Shown: piece after piece, positions 1 to 11,221 of the stretch | Layout of the letters: every line of letters begins with the position of its first letter | Numbering within the stretch: position 1 is the stretch's first letter | DNA from: Octopus sinensis | Lineage: Eukaryota | Length of the DNA: 64,000 nt | Direction: 5' to 3' | Assembly: GCF_006345805.1 (NCBI RefSeq) | Contig: NC_043007.1 | Coordinates: 74,338,001 to 74,402,000 of the forward strand | Program-made: the position numbers and the translations under genes | The notes under the pieces: generated by a model | Told to the model about the DNA's origin: nothing | The model's database searches: none | The model's input: only the letters and a program-made list of their open reading frames with translations

Positions 1-948
1 GATTCATCAGTAAGGAATAACCAAATCGGAACAGATTTTTTTCACGAGGCATTCAGTCCATGCCTCGCCAATATCTGACCTAAAATTTTCAAATCGTCGC
101 ACTCGCGCCAAATTTATCGGCAGCAAATAAGTATAAGCCGCCGATTCCATTACGGAACTAACCAGAAAATTCATATTAATCAATATAGGGAGGCAAAAAA
201 ATTTTGTAGAATTCTTTTGCCCCCAGCGGCCTAGTGGAAAAAATTAAATAGTCATAAACCATTTTTAAGTTCAATATCACAATCAAGGAACGGCCATAAT
301 AGGCCATTCACCCACTAGAAATAACAGCCAAAAAGCTTCAACCGCAAAATAACATTAATTCCGTAAACCAGGAGAAAATTAAAAAACAACATTTACCCTG
401 AAATTCCTTATACGATGCACCGTTTCGTCTAAATTTTTTGCCTCCCTATATTGATTAATTATGAATTTTCTGGTTAGTTCCGTAATGGAATCGGCGGCTT
501 ATACTTATTTGCTGCCGATAAATTTGGCTGCGAGTGCGACGATTTGAAATTTTAGGTCAGATATTGGCGAGGCATGGACGTGAATGCCTCGTGAAAAATA
601 TCTGTTCCGATTTGGCTATTCCTTACTGATGAATCTAAGGGCCTATGGTAGATTGGCTTGATTTAATTTAATCAGGTTAGTTTACCATTAAACAGTAGAC
701 GAAATGGTGCATCGTATAAGGAATTTCAGGGTAAATGTTTTTTTTAATTTCTCCTGGTTTACGGAATTAATGTTATTTTGCGGTTGAAGCTTTTGGCTGT
801 TATTTCTAGTGGGTGAATGGCCTATTATGGCCGTTCCTTGATTGTGATATTGAACTAAAATGGTTTATGACTATTAATTTTTTCCCACTAGGCCGCTGGG
901 GGCAAAGAATTCTACAAAATTTTTTTGCCTCCCTATATTGATTAATTA
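1..948. mobile_element. Hammerhead-bearing ~490-nt repeat in inverted plus overlapping tandem arrangement (Penelope-like pLTR / retrozyme-like)
   Basis: 431-635 is the reverse complement of ~1-204, and 697-948 is the reverse complement of ~175-430. The motif aaattttttgcctccctatattgattaatt recurs at 431 and ~918 (period ~487). Contains a hammerhead core. The right end abuts (TA)n, and the unit probably continues left of the window. Confidence 0.7.
618..724 (+). ncRNA. Type I hammerhead ribozyme
   Basis: Stem I ATTCCTTA(618-625)/TAAGGAAT(717-724); core CTGATGA 626-632; stem II base TCTA(634-637)/TAGA(696-699) with an A633.C700 mismatch; GAAA 701-704; stem III ATGG/TCGT closing a TGCA loop (ACGG/TCGT in the inverted copy); GTA cleavage triplet 714-716. 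Confidence 0.8.
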
Positions 949-989
949 TATATATATATATATTATATATATATATGTATAATATATAT

Positions 990-1187
990 ATTTCTTAACT
1001 ACCCACAAGGGGCTAAACACAGAGGGGACAAACAAGGACAGACAAGGGATTAAGTCAATAACATCGACCCCAGTGCGTAACTGGTACTTAATTTATCGAC
1101 CTCGGCAGAATTTGAACTCGGAACGTAACGACAGATGAAATACGGCTACGAATTTCGCCCAGTGTGCTGACGTTTCTACCAGCTCGC

Positions 1188-1188
<1 letters not shown>
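990..1188 (-). mobile_element. tRNA-derived SINE, family B
   Basis: Reverse complement of ggcgagctggcagaaacg...gagttcaaatt (B-box-like)...ccccttgtgggtag..aagaaa. Many copies in the window. Confidence 0.85.
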
Positions 1189-1269
<81 letters not shown>

Positions 1270-1373
1270 ATATATATGTATATATAATTTTATGTATGTA
1301 TATATATGTATGTATATATGTATGTTATATATATATATGTATGTATATATATATATGTAGATATATATATATT

Positions 1374-1443
<70 letters not shown>

Positions 1444-1476
1444 ATATATATATGTATGTATATATATATATGTATA

Positions 1477-1533
<57 letters not shown>

Positions 1534-1590
1534 ATATGTATGTATGTATATATATATGTATATATAGGTACATATCTATACATATAAATT
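1189..1590. repeat. (TA)n/(TATG)n microsatellite
   Basis: Direct inspection; source of the YI-rich ORFs. Confidence 0.95.
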
Positions 1591-2232
1591 TGACATGGGT
1601 GATTCTTTCTTTTCTTGGGACTCACAGTCAAATGGCTGGGTGGAATTGCACGAAAAATTACACAGATGTGTAGAATGATCCAGTGGTGATGCTAAGCTTT
1701 GTACTTTTTCATAGCTCGCATTGTTACTGAGATAATCTACTATAATAATACTCTTGTGTTTATGAATGAGAAAAGAAGGGGTGATAGATGAATAAGGAAG
1801 GAAGGGGTGATGTCATACTTGGTAGTGGGATGATGAAAATTGTACTCTGAAAAAATAAATCAAACAGCGTTTCAACTCTGTGTGAATATATGTGTGTGTA
1901 TGTAAAAGGGGAGTATGTGAATGTGTGTGTGTATGTGTTTTATGCGTGTGCACACAAATGGAAGTGGGATAGTTTAACTTTGTTTGCTTAGTATTTGGGT
2001 TTATATTTTGATTTGGTTGAATCTTGGTTCTTTTATTTTTTATTGGTCAATTATTTTTAGCATTTTGACAGAAAAAAGTCATCCTAAAATTGTTTTTTAA
2101 TGTAAGTGTGCCCAAACAAGTCAAATGTTTATACAGAACAGGTTTTACAACCACATCATCCAAAATGACTGGGTGAAACCGAGTTTAGCTGCTAGTTTAT
2201 ATATATATGTACATATATATATATATATATAT

Positions 2233-2504
2233 ATACTAAGCAATAAGGGTTTAGCAACGAGTTGCTTACCACATACCGAATTTAGAAATAGCAGTCAAAG
2301 GGTTATAGCTATTTCTTCTACTAGAAGTAGAAGAAATAGCTATAACCCTTTGACTGCTATTTCTAAATTCGGTATGTGGTAAGGCAACTCGTTGCTAAAC
2401 CCTTATTGCTTAGTATTACTTAAATTTCCTCGAATGAGGCTTTTACATGCCGAAGACTACTTGGTGTATTGATAATTTTTCCAAATTAATTAATTTCACC
2501 CTTC

Positions 2505-2507
<3 letters not shown>
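2233..2507. mobile_element. Fold-back element: 90/91-bp near-perfect hairpin (3-nt loop) plus ~90-bp asymmetric extension, within (TA)n
   Basis: Arms 2233-2322 and 2326-2416 differ by one indel. Arms and extension are homologous to 28047-28457. Confidence 0.75.
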
Positions 2508-2536
<29 letters not shown>

Positions 2537-2539
<3 letters not shown>

Positions 2540-2770
2540 TACTCTTTTACTCTTTTACTTGTGTCAGTCATTTGACTGGGGCCATGCTGGATCACTACCT
2601 TTAGTCAAACAAATCAACCCCAGGACTTATTCTTTGTAAGTCTAGTACTTATTCTATAGGTCTCTTTTGCCAAACTGCTAAGTTACGGAGATGTAAACAC
2701 ACCAACATCTGTTGTCAAGTGATGGTGGGGGGGGGCATAAGAGGGTGCAAACACAGACACACAAAGACAT
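2537..2770 (-). mobile_element. SINE family A, 3' half
   Basis: tactcttttactcttttacttg...gaccccaggacttattctttgtaag...aaacaccaacatc matches other family A copies. Confidence 0.8.
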
Positions 2771-2847
2771 ACATACATACATACATATAAATATGTATGT
2801 ATGTATACATACATATATATGTATATGTGTATATATATATATATAAA

Positions 2848-2881
<34 letters not shown>

Positions 2882-3419
2882 AATATATATATATAAATAT
2901 ATATAAAATATATAAATACATATATATATAAGTGTATGTATATTTTATATATATGTAATATATGTATACATATACACACACACATATATCTATGCATGCA
3001 TATTTTTGTGTCTGTGTTTGTCCCCCCCCCCCACATGCACACACACTGCTTGACAGCTGGTGTTGGTGTGCTTATGTTCCCATTACTTAATAGTTTGGCA
3101 ACAAAAATGAAAAATCAGGGTCAATTTTTTTTTAAATGAAAAACCAGGGTCAATTCATTTGATTAACAATTATTCAAGGTGATGCCCAACGTGGCCACAG
3201 TCTAACGTTTGAAACCAAGTGCAAAAAATGTACAAGGTATTAATTGGCAAATGGGATTCATTGTGAAGGTGAATTGCTGAAAAGTAGCTTTAAAAGAGAA
3301 AGATTAAGTTACAGAAGAGATTTGCTGTCTCCCACAACCAAGTGTAATATAATATTGAAGTATGCGGAGAGAGGTTCTATATAGCATATCTGTCCAATTG
3401 TACAGATATCAGAGTGGGA

Positions 3420-3552
3420 TGGTGGGGGCAATGGTGGTAGTGGTGGTGATGATGATGGTGGTGTTGTTGTTAGTGATGGTGGAGGTGGTGGTGGTGGTGG
3501 TGGCAATAGTGAAGGTAATGATGACAATGATGATGATGATGATGATGATGAG
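3420..3552. repeat. (GGT)n/(GAT)n cryptic trinucleotide repeat
   Basis: Direct inspection. Confidence 0.9.
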
Positions 3553-4174
3553 CATGATTTTTATTACCAATCAAAAAACAAAAAAAAAATGAAAAACAAT
3601 TACTGCTCCTAGAAGTAGTTTGTAGGAGAATTACCTTTAAAGAAAAATAATGCTTATTTCAAATGAAAAGTAATTATCTGAACTAACAACAAATTATTTG
3701 ACAAGGGTCAGAAGAGATGGTGAATCGAGACACAAATGCTTGGGGGTCATAGGACACTGAAAAACTCCTCGTTTGTATAAGATTTATTTAGGGTGACTCA
3801 GCCTAGTAAGAACCCGTACCTCCTCAAGTTATATTCATAAAAGTTGACTCCAACATTACAAGCTAATGAAATGCTTAGTTTTATAATGTTCTTTCTGTAC
3901 ATGGCAGTTAGTTGTTACTGTGCTATTGCACCTACTTATAACTTAGACAGACCAACCTATTTGAGAGAGTATTAAGTGTCTTTGCTATGCAGTAAAATAC
4001 AGTCCTATGACAGCAGACAAACTGTTCACCTTGAGGCTGACTGTCCAGTACACGGTAGACTTAACTGTTCTCTGTGTATTTTGACAAGGCCTTTAACTTC
4101 ATTGATTCTGTGACATTCAGCTGGCTCTTTATTTATTTTATTTCTACAGTAATTTATTATACGTCAAGTATATA

Positions 4175-4578
4175 GGCGCAGGAGCAGCTGTGTGGTAAGT
4201 AGCTTGCTTACCAACCACATGGTTCCGGGTTCATTCCCACTGCGTGGTACCTTGGGCAAGTGTCTTCTACTATAGCCTCGGGCCGACCAAAGCCTTGTGA
4301 GTGGATTTGGTAGACGGAAACTGGAAGAAGCCCTTCGTATATATGTATATATATGTATGTGTGTATATGTTTGTGTGTCTGCGTTTGTCCCCCCACCATT
4401 ACTTGACAACCGATGCTGGTGTGTTTACGTCCCCGTAACTTAGCGGTTCAGCAAAAGAGACTGATAGAATAAGTACTAGGCTTACAAAGAATAAGTCCTG
4501 GGGTCGATTTACTCGACTAGAAGGCGGTGCTCCAGCATGGCCGCAGTCAAATGACTGAAACAAGTAAAAGAGAAAGAG
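4175..4578 (+). mobile_element. Full-length tRNA-derived SINE, family A
   Basis: Head ggcgcaggagcagctgtgtggtaag...gggttcattccc (A/B-box-like), CCTTGGGCAAGTG motif, internal (TA/TG)n, tail aaacaagtaaaagag. Confidence 0.9.
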
Positions 4579-4597
4579 AAAGTTACATTTTAAATTA

Positions 4598-4813
4598 CAA
4601 GGGGGTGCTAAAAAGTTCCTGGCTTTAAGGATGTTATGAAAGGCCTGGTTGGAGGCCCAACTTTCTGAGTTATTTTACAGGGCTTAGAAAAAGCGAAGGA
4701 TTGCTGCAATAAGTGTGTGAATCTGAGAAGGGAATATATTTCATAAAATCATTATTAACTGGTCCTCCTGTATTTTCTTTTACCCAAAACCAGTAACTTT
4801 TCAGCACCTCTTG
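4598..4813. mobile_element. Mariner-derived MITE
   Basis: TIRs caagggggtgctaaaaagtt / aacttttcagcacctcttg. The interior translates to LEKAKDCCNKCVNLRREYI, resembling the mariner C-terminus. Sister copy at 6326-6547. Confidence 0.75.
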
Positions 4814-4814
4814 C

Positions 4815-4825
<11 letters not shown>

Positions 4826-4853
<28 letters not shown>

Positions 4854-4860
4854 TAGATAG

Positions 4861-4932
<72 letters not shown>
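4826..4932. repeat. (AG)n/(GATA)n microsatellite
   Basis: Direct inspection. Confidence 0.95.
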
Positions 4933-4935
<3 letters not shown>

Positions 4936-5159
4936 TACTCTTTTACTATTTTACATGTTTCAGTCATTAGACTGTGGCACTGCTGGAGTACTGCCTTTAG
5001 TCGAGCAAATCGACCCCAGGATTTATTCTTTGTAAGCCTAGTACTTATTCTATCAGTCTCTTTTGCCAAACCGCTAGGTTACGGGGACGTAAACACACCA
5101 GAATCGGTTGTCAAGCAATGTTGGGAGGACAAACACAGACATACAGATACATACATACA

Positions 5160-5760
5160 TCATCATCATCATCATCATCATCGTTTAACGTCCGCTTTCC
5201 ATGCTAGCATGGGTTGGACGGTTCAACTGGGGTCTGGCAAGCCCGAAGGCTGCACCAGGCCAGTCAGATATGGCAGTGTTTCTACAGCTGGATGCCCTTC
5301 CTAACGCCAACCACTCCGAGAGTGTAGTGGGTGATTTTATGTGCCACCGACACAGGTGCCAGACGAGGCTGGCAGACGGCCACGCTCGGATGGTGTTTTA
5401 TGTGCCACCGACACAGGTGCAGACGAGGCTGGCTGACGGCCACGCTCGGATGGTGTTTTCTTATGTGTCACCGACACAGGTGCCAGACAAGGCTGGCGGA
5501 CGGCCACGCTCGGATGGTGTTTGTTACGTGCCCTCAGCACGGAGGCCAGTCGTTGCGGTACTGACTACGCTCACGTTCGGATGGTTTTTTATGTGCCACC
5601 GGCACTGGTACCACAGGATACAAATTCCATTGATGTTCATCTATTTTGATTTGGTTCGATTTTTGATTGATTTGATTCGATACGATTCTCACTTGCCTCA
5701 ACAGGTCTTCACAAGTGTCACAAGAAGGAAGGTATGCACAGGTGGACTGACTACGTCCCA
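5160..5760 (-). mobile_element. SINE family C with (GAT)n tail and internal ~62-bp tandem repeats
   Basis: (CAT)n cgtttaacgtccgctttccatgctagcatgggttgg...ggatgcccttcctaacgcc. Repeat unit tgtgccaccgacacaggtgcc...ggatggtgtttt starts at 5340, 5401 and 5464. Confidence 0.85.
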
Positions 5761-5834
5761 GGTATATATATATATATATATATTGTATATCTATATATAT
5801 ATATATGTATATAGTATATATATATATATATATA

Positions 5835-6092
5835 TGTGCCGGTGGCACATAAAATACACCAATCCGACCGTGGCCGTTGCCAGCCTCGCCTGGCACCTGT
5901 GCAGGTGGCACGTAAAAGCACCCACTACACTCACGGAGTGGTTGGCGTTAGGAAGGGCATCCAGCTGTAGAAAAACACTGCCAGATAAGACTGGAGCCTG
6001 GTGCAGCCTTCTGGCTCCCAGATCCCCGGTCGAACCGTCCAACCCTGCTAGCATGGAGAACGGACGTTTAACGATGATGATGATGATGATGA
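5835..6092 (+). mobile_element. SINE family C, 3' part
   Basis: ...gttggcgttaggaagggcatccagctgtagaaa...ggacgtttaacgatgatgatg. Confidence 0.85.
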
Positions 6093-6277
6093 TATATATA
6101 TATGTATATATACATATATACAATGGGCTTCTTTCAGTTTCCATCTATCTAATCCACTCACAAGGCTTTGGTTGGCCTGAGGCTATAGTAGAAGATACTT
6201 GCCCAGTGTGCCATGCGCTGGGACTGAACCCGGAACCATGTGGTTCGTAAGCAAGCTATTTACCACACTGCCAGATC

Positions 6278-6319
<42 letters not shown>

Positions 6320-6325
6320 CATGCA

Positions 6326-6547
6326 CAAGGGGGTGCTGAAAAGTTCCTGGCTTTAAGGGTATCACGAAAAGCCTAGCTGGAGGCCCAACTTCCTGATTTC
6401 TTTTACAGGGCTTAGAAAAACTGAAGGACCACTGCAATTAGTTTGTGAAACTGAGAGTGGAATATGTTGTATAAAATCATAATTAACTGATCGATCCTCT
6501 TATATTTTCTTTTACCCAAAGCCAGGAACTTTTTCAGCAGCCCCTAG
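6326..6547. mobile_element. Mariner-derived MITE (second copy)
   Basis: Same TIRs and interior as 4598-4813. Confidence 0.75.
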
Positions 6548-6649
6548 TATTACACATGAATACAAAGAAACAAAAAGAAAAAAAGGTAAAATTGAAAACC
6601 AAAAAAGGTAAGGGTAAAGTATTAGATGATGGAGGAGATGGGGGTGATG

Positions 6650-6790
6650 AATCACACATCCCAGAACAAACGGTGTGCTCAGCTGCACTCTGTGGTAACG
6701 ACTGTGATGATGATGCCATGGAGAATGGCCTGCAACACTCATGGCAGCAACCACTTCACCATGCAGGGTTCATTCGTCTGATGGGCCAAT
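6650..6790 (-). mobile_element. CRE/NeSL-like non-LTR retrotransposon 3' remnant
   Basis: Homologous to 48860-48990. Minus strand reads KWLLP*VLQAILHG, resembling the W-L-x-QR-x-S-x-A-x-x-RGN C-terminal motif. Confidence 0.45.
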
Positions 6791-6805
6791 TTATATACAT
6801 ATGTG

Positions 6806-6836
<31 letters not shown>

Positions 6837-6847
6837 GGAAATATATA

Positions 6848-7385
6848 TCTATTATATAAAATCTGTTCTGTCTGTCTGTGTGTGTGTCTTCTAGGATCTT
6901 GGACATCCTCCATCCGATTGCACTCAAATTTGATATATAGACACTGACGGTATCAGGGCATGTATAAGTCTTGAAAAAATTACAAAAATCGATTCCAGGT
7001 GAGAATGCGATCGATAAAGCTGTGGGAACGAGCATTTGTATGCACAAGTACATCAGCTGTTGTGATTGATACTACGCGTATGCAAGAAAAATGCACAAAA
7101 AAAAGCCACCTGGCTTGAAATAATGCCACAAAATGCAGTATATTTAAGAGACCAAAAAATTAAGATGCAAAAGAGATATTTTCTTCAAACTTGGCATGAC
7201 GGAAGGAAAGACTATTTGGTTTCTCAAGAAGTTTTTGTTGCCTTAACTTTGTTTAATAAAACCAAAAATTTTATTGAAATAAAGGCAAGCTTAATTATTT
7301 TTTAATGAAAAGAAAACACTGATTGCTTTTTATTCAGCAGATATGATTCAGCATTGTCCATTGGATGGCGGGGCGTTTTGCTTGT
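6848..7385 (+). mobile_element. Non-autonomous Helitron-like element
   Basis: 5' A|TCTATTATATAAAA followed by (TGTC/TG)n; degenerate 3' end cggggcgttttgCTTG|T. Homologous fragment at 26235-26403 (-). Confidence 0.55.
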
Positions 7386-7679
7386 ATATGTATATATATA
7401 TATATATAGCAAAACTACCATTATGTAGAAGTATTCAGCATGATATCAATGATAAATATTATTTGAAATACACTCAAATTAGTTCATGAGGAAGTGAAAA
7501 TGCAAAATATCAAATATGTTCTTTCAATGACTAATTAAAATTTTTGTCGTGTAGAAGTTGAAAGTGAAAGTAATAAAGCTGATTCTTGCTATCAGAAATG
7601 TTGATTTAATACTTTCATAACCATATTGCTACAGAAATACACTGCTTTTATTTCAGCTAATTTTGAAAATAACAAAGAA

Positions 7680-8071
7680 CTAGCAGTATAGCCCAGCGTT
7701 GCTCGGACTTGTTTCGACCCTTTAGAATTGGAATTTTTGAAAAGTAAAAATTTTGCATTATTTAGCTTGTTATTCTCTTTAAGTGAAAATTTTTCTGGTT
7801 GAAATACACCAAAAAATGGCGACACAGCAGTAAACAAAATCGTAAAAAATAAGGTTTTTCATAGAAAAAAAGCACCTTTTGATGTAAATAATTTTTGGTG
7901 TTAACATGGTCCGATTTGAATTTTTTCTTCTATGAAAGTAAGAGCAAGCCTTCTTCTATCATACTCTCAATTTTGGTCAACTTGCGCTGCAGGGTCTCAG
8001 AGGAGATAGTGTTAGTTGAAGGCTACAAAACCTGCCATAGACAGACAACTTCAGCTTTATATAGAGAGAGA
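7680..8071 (-). mobile_element. Non-autonomous Helitron
   Basis: Minus strand A|TCTCTCTCTATATAAAG...ccgagcaacgctgggc...CTAG|T, with canonical TC/CTAG ends inserted between A and T. Confidence 0.75.
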
Positions 8072-8795
8072 TTTAATAAAGTAAATTATTATCAAGCTAA
8101 CTTTTGGTACATAAATTGCCTTTGTTTTGATGGCGGGTTTTAACTTAGATCATTTCAACCCTCTAGCATTTAAACTAGCCATATCCGGCCAAAATGTTCT
8201 ACCTATTTTATGTTCTTACTGGCTAGATCTGACCTCTTACACCTACCCAACAATGTCATTCTAAAAATAAACAATCAAATCTTTGAAATCTTGAAGCTAC
8301 GAGTTAATGCATGATTAATTAAAAACAATGTAAAAAAAAAAAGTATTACATTTGACAGACTAATCTTGATGCTAAATGATTAAAAAAGGAAGTTTATTTC
8401 ATAGAACCAGAGGTGGTCTCAGGCTGGTTGGTAACAAAAGAGTTAATCCCTTTTAATACTAATCCGCCTAAGGTCATCTTAGAATCTTCAACACAAAAGT
8501 TTCTGCCTGTTCTAAAATGGTCTGATTTAAATTTAGCCCCACCCACATAATAATTTTATGCAAGAAATTTTGGATAAGTTCTTAACGCTAACTTAATCTT
8601 TTGTCTTTTATTATCTTTTGTTTCAATCACTTGGCTGTGGCCATGCTGGAGCACTGCCTTTAGTTGAACAAATCTACTTCAGTGTTTTTTTTTGTTTTTT
8701 TGTTTTCAAATCTGGTACTTATTATACTAAACTGATAAGTTATGGAAACATGAACAAACAACTAACAACACTGGTTGTTAAGTGGTTTTGGTGAG

Positions 8796-9029
8796 GGTGG
8801 TGAGTTGGCAGAACCGTTAGCACGCCTGGCGAAATGCGTAGCCATATTTCGTCTGCCGCTACGTTCTGAGTTCAAACTCCACTGAGGTTGACTTTGCCTT
8901 TCATCCTTTCGGGGTCGATTAAATAAGTACCAGTTACGCACTGGGGTCGATATAATCGACTTAATCTGTTTGTCTGTCCTTGTTTGTCCTCTCTATGTTT
9001 AGCCCCTTTTGGGTAGTAAAGAAATAGGT
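8796..9029 (+). mobile_element. SINE family B
   Basis: Full body from ggtgagttggcagaaccg to aaagaaatagg. Confidence 0.85.
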
Positions 9030-9163
9030 GTTGGTGATGGTGGGGAAACACTAACCAAAGACACACACATATATATAAACAGATGTGTGTATTTTTCCCT
9101 TGTTAACAATTAACTCGGAAAAAATAGATAAATAGTTACATATACATACATACATACATACAT

Positions 9164-9198
<35 letters not shown>

Positions 9199-9796
9199 TA
9201 TATATACACACACACACACACATGCATATACATGCATACAATGGTTTTTTACAGTTTCTCTCTACCAAATCCATTCGCAAGGCTTTGGTCAGCCTGGAGC
9301 TATAGGAGAAGGCGATTGCCCTAGGCGCCATGCAGTGGGACTGAACCTGAAACCACATGGTTGGGAAGCAAACATCTTAGCCACACATTCACACCTGTGC
9401 CTATAATTCATAATTTTTTTTTTTTTTCTTAATTTAGCAAGCTGTTTACAACTCTTAATAAGTTTGCTGGGGTCTTTTTCTCTGTTTATAGGACAGCAAG
9501 TAAATCTGAAACACAGCAAAGGCTAAATAAGGTATTCTTGTACCTTAGATGACTTTTTCAAAATGGGTGTAGCTTAATCTACTAATCTATTTATATCAGC
9601 TATTTTTCATGGACTCAGATATATCTTCTCAGCACCCCTCCTCATTGCTGCTGACTGGCAATGGCAACGCAAAAAAATTTCACCACCCTTACAGAAGGGG
9701 CTGCAAAACTGGGAAGTTAAAAAGGAAAGGAGGGCAGCAGATGAAAAGGGCTTTTTCTCGTTTTTTGATGGGGTTTCATGTGTGTTTGGAGGGGTG

Positions 9797-9835
<39 letters not shown>

Positions 9836-10022
9836 AGTGTATAAAAAAAGAATAACAGGAAGGGGCTGAAAATGCACTAAATAATTATATATATATATAT
9901 ATATTATATATATATATATATTATATATATATATTATATATATATATATGTATGTATGTATGTATGTGTATGTATGTATGTATGTATGTATGTATGTGTA
10001 CTGTGTGTTGTGTGTATATACA

Positions 10023-10059
<37 letters not shown>

Positions 10060-10799
10060 GTGACATCATTTACAAACTTCAGAGACAATATGGAATAATT
10101 CGTTTTTGAAACAGGGGTTCTTGGAACACATAATAAAGCTAGGGATAACAGTAAATATAGGGTTGAAAACCTCTTTTCTATCCATAAGGGTTTTTCAAAT
10201 TGGTATTATTTATAGTTTCATGTGTTTTTAAAATCTACTGTTCCAAAATGATTATAAAATGATATAAAAGAATATAGATAGATAGATAGATAGATACATA
10301 CATACATACATACATACATACATACATGTGTGTGTGTGTGAGACAGAGAGAGAGAGATTATATAAATGACAAGGGAACAAAACCTTATGTAATGTACTTC
10401 ACAGGAATCTTGACATAATTACCTGATTCCTTGTCATTTAGCTAATGTTTTTATAGCACTCTATTCTCGACTGATGCTTTTTTCTGAAGCATATATGTAT
10501 TGAGTTCTAATATCTAGGTGAAATATATATATATATATATATCATATAAGAAATAATTAGAAAAATATATTTCTTTTTTGCCCACAAGGGGCTAAACATA
10601 GAGAGGACGAACAAGGACAGACAAAGGGATTAAGTCGATTACATCGTTCCCCAGTGCGAAACTGGTACTTTTATTTATCGACCCCGAAAGGATGAAAGGC
10701 AAAGTCGACCTCGGCGGAATTTGAACTGAGACCAGTGTATACTCAAAATTTATTTCCTTTTATTTTACAATGTCATACAACATATTTTTATGGTTACAA

Positions 10800-11008
10800 C
10801 GGTCTAAATGTGTTTCCATTGTACATAGTATGGGTATGTACCCTGAATGTCTTTTTGTTTTCGAGAATGTCTTGTGCTTGTCTGCAAGAGCAGGATGTGT
10901 TGTCCTCAAGTGGCCTTCCAAGTGTGAGGAGCGCATCCCATCAATGCTCAAAGTTTTGTAAAATATCACACACTGGGGTACTTCTGTGTCAGTATTTTGG
11001 AGGGACAT
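10800..11008 (-). pseudogene. hAT (Buster/Charlie-type) transposase N-terminal zinc-finger remnant
   Basis: ORF track 10760..11008: PQCVIFYKTLSIDGMRSSHLEGHLRTTHP matches the Buster/Charlie PQCVIC...M.PS.L.RHL.T.H motif. Confidence 0.7.
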
Positions 11009-11221
11009 GAATCTAAATCAGATATATTCATCAAGACACTTCTGTTTCTTTGCACTCATTGCAAATTATTTGATGGGCAATGCAAATATGTGAACAAAAG
11101 ATAAGGTAATGTCAAGGCCCAAATTAGAAAGCTTCGAGTAAAAGTTCTGAAAAACAAATTAAAGCAAAAAAATTTGAAATAAAAGTTAAATTAAAACAAA
11201 AGTTATATGAAAAATTTGTGA

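Larger units (their letters stand above)
4940..6272 (-). mobile_element. SINE family A split by two nested, oppositely oriented family C copies
   Basis: 3' half at ~4940-5150 and 5' half at ~6120-6272 flank the family C copies. Confidence 0.75.

Noticed and set aside
1296-1673. YI/IY-, HT-, CV- and poly-M/P-rich ORFs here and throughout the window
   Set aside because: Translations of (TA)n, (CA)n and (CAT)n microsatellites.
4175-4260. tRNA-like heads here and in other SINE copies
   Set aside because: A/B-box-like SINE promoters without a complete cloverleaf; not tRNA genes.
5201-6250. Longest ORF in the track (349 aa)
   Set aside because: Entirely read-through of nested SINEs and (TA)n. 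The same peptide motifs (FLQLDALPNANH, EDTCPRCHAVGLNPEP) recur in many SINE copies.
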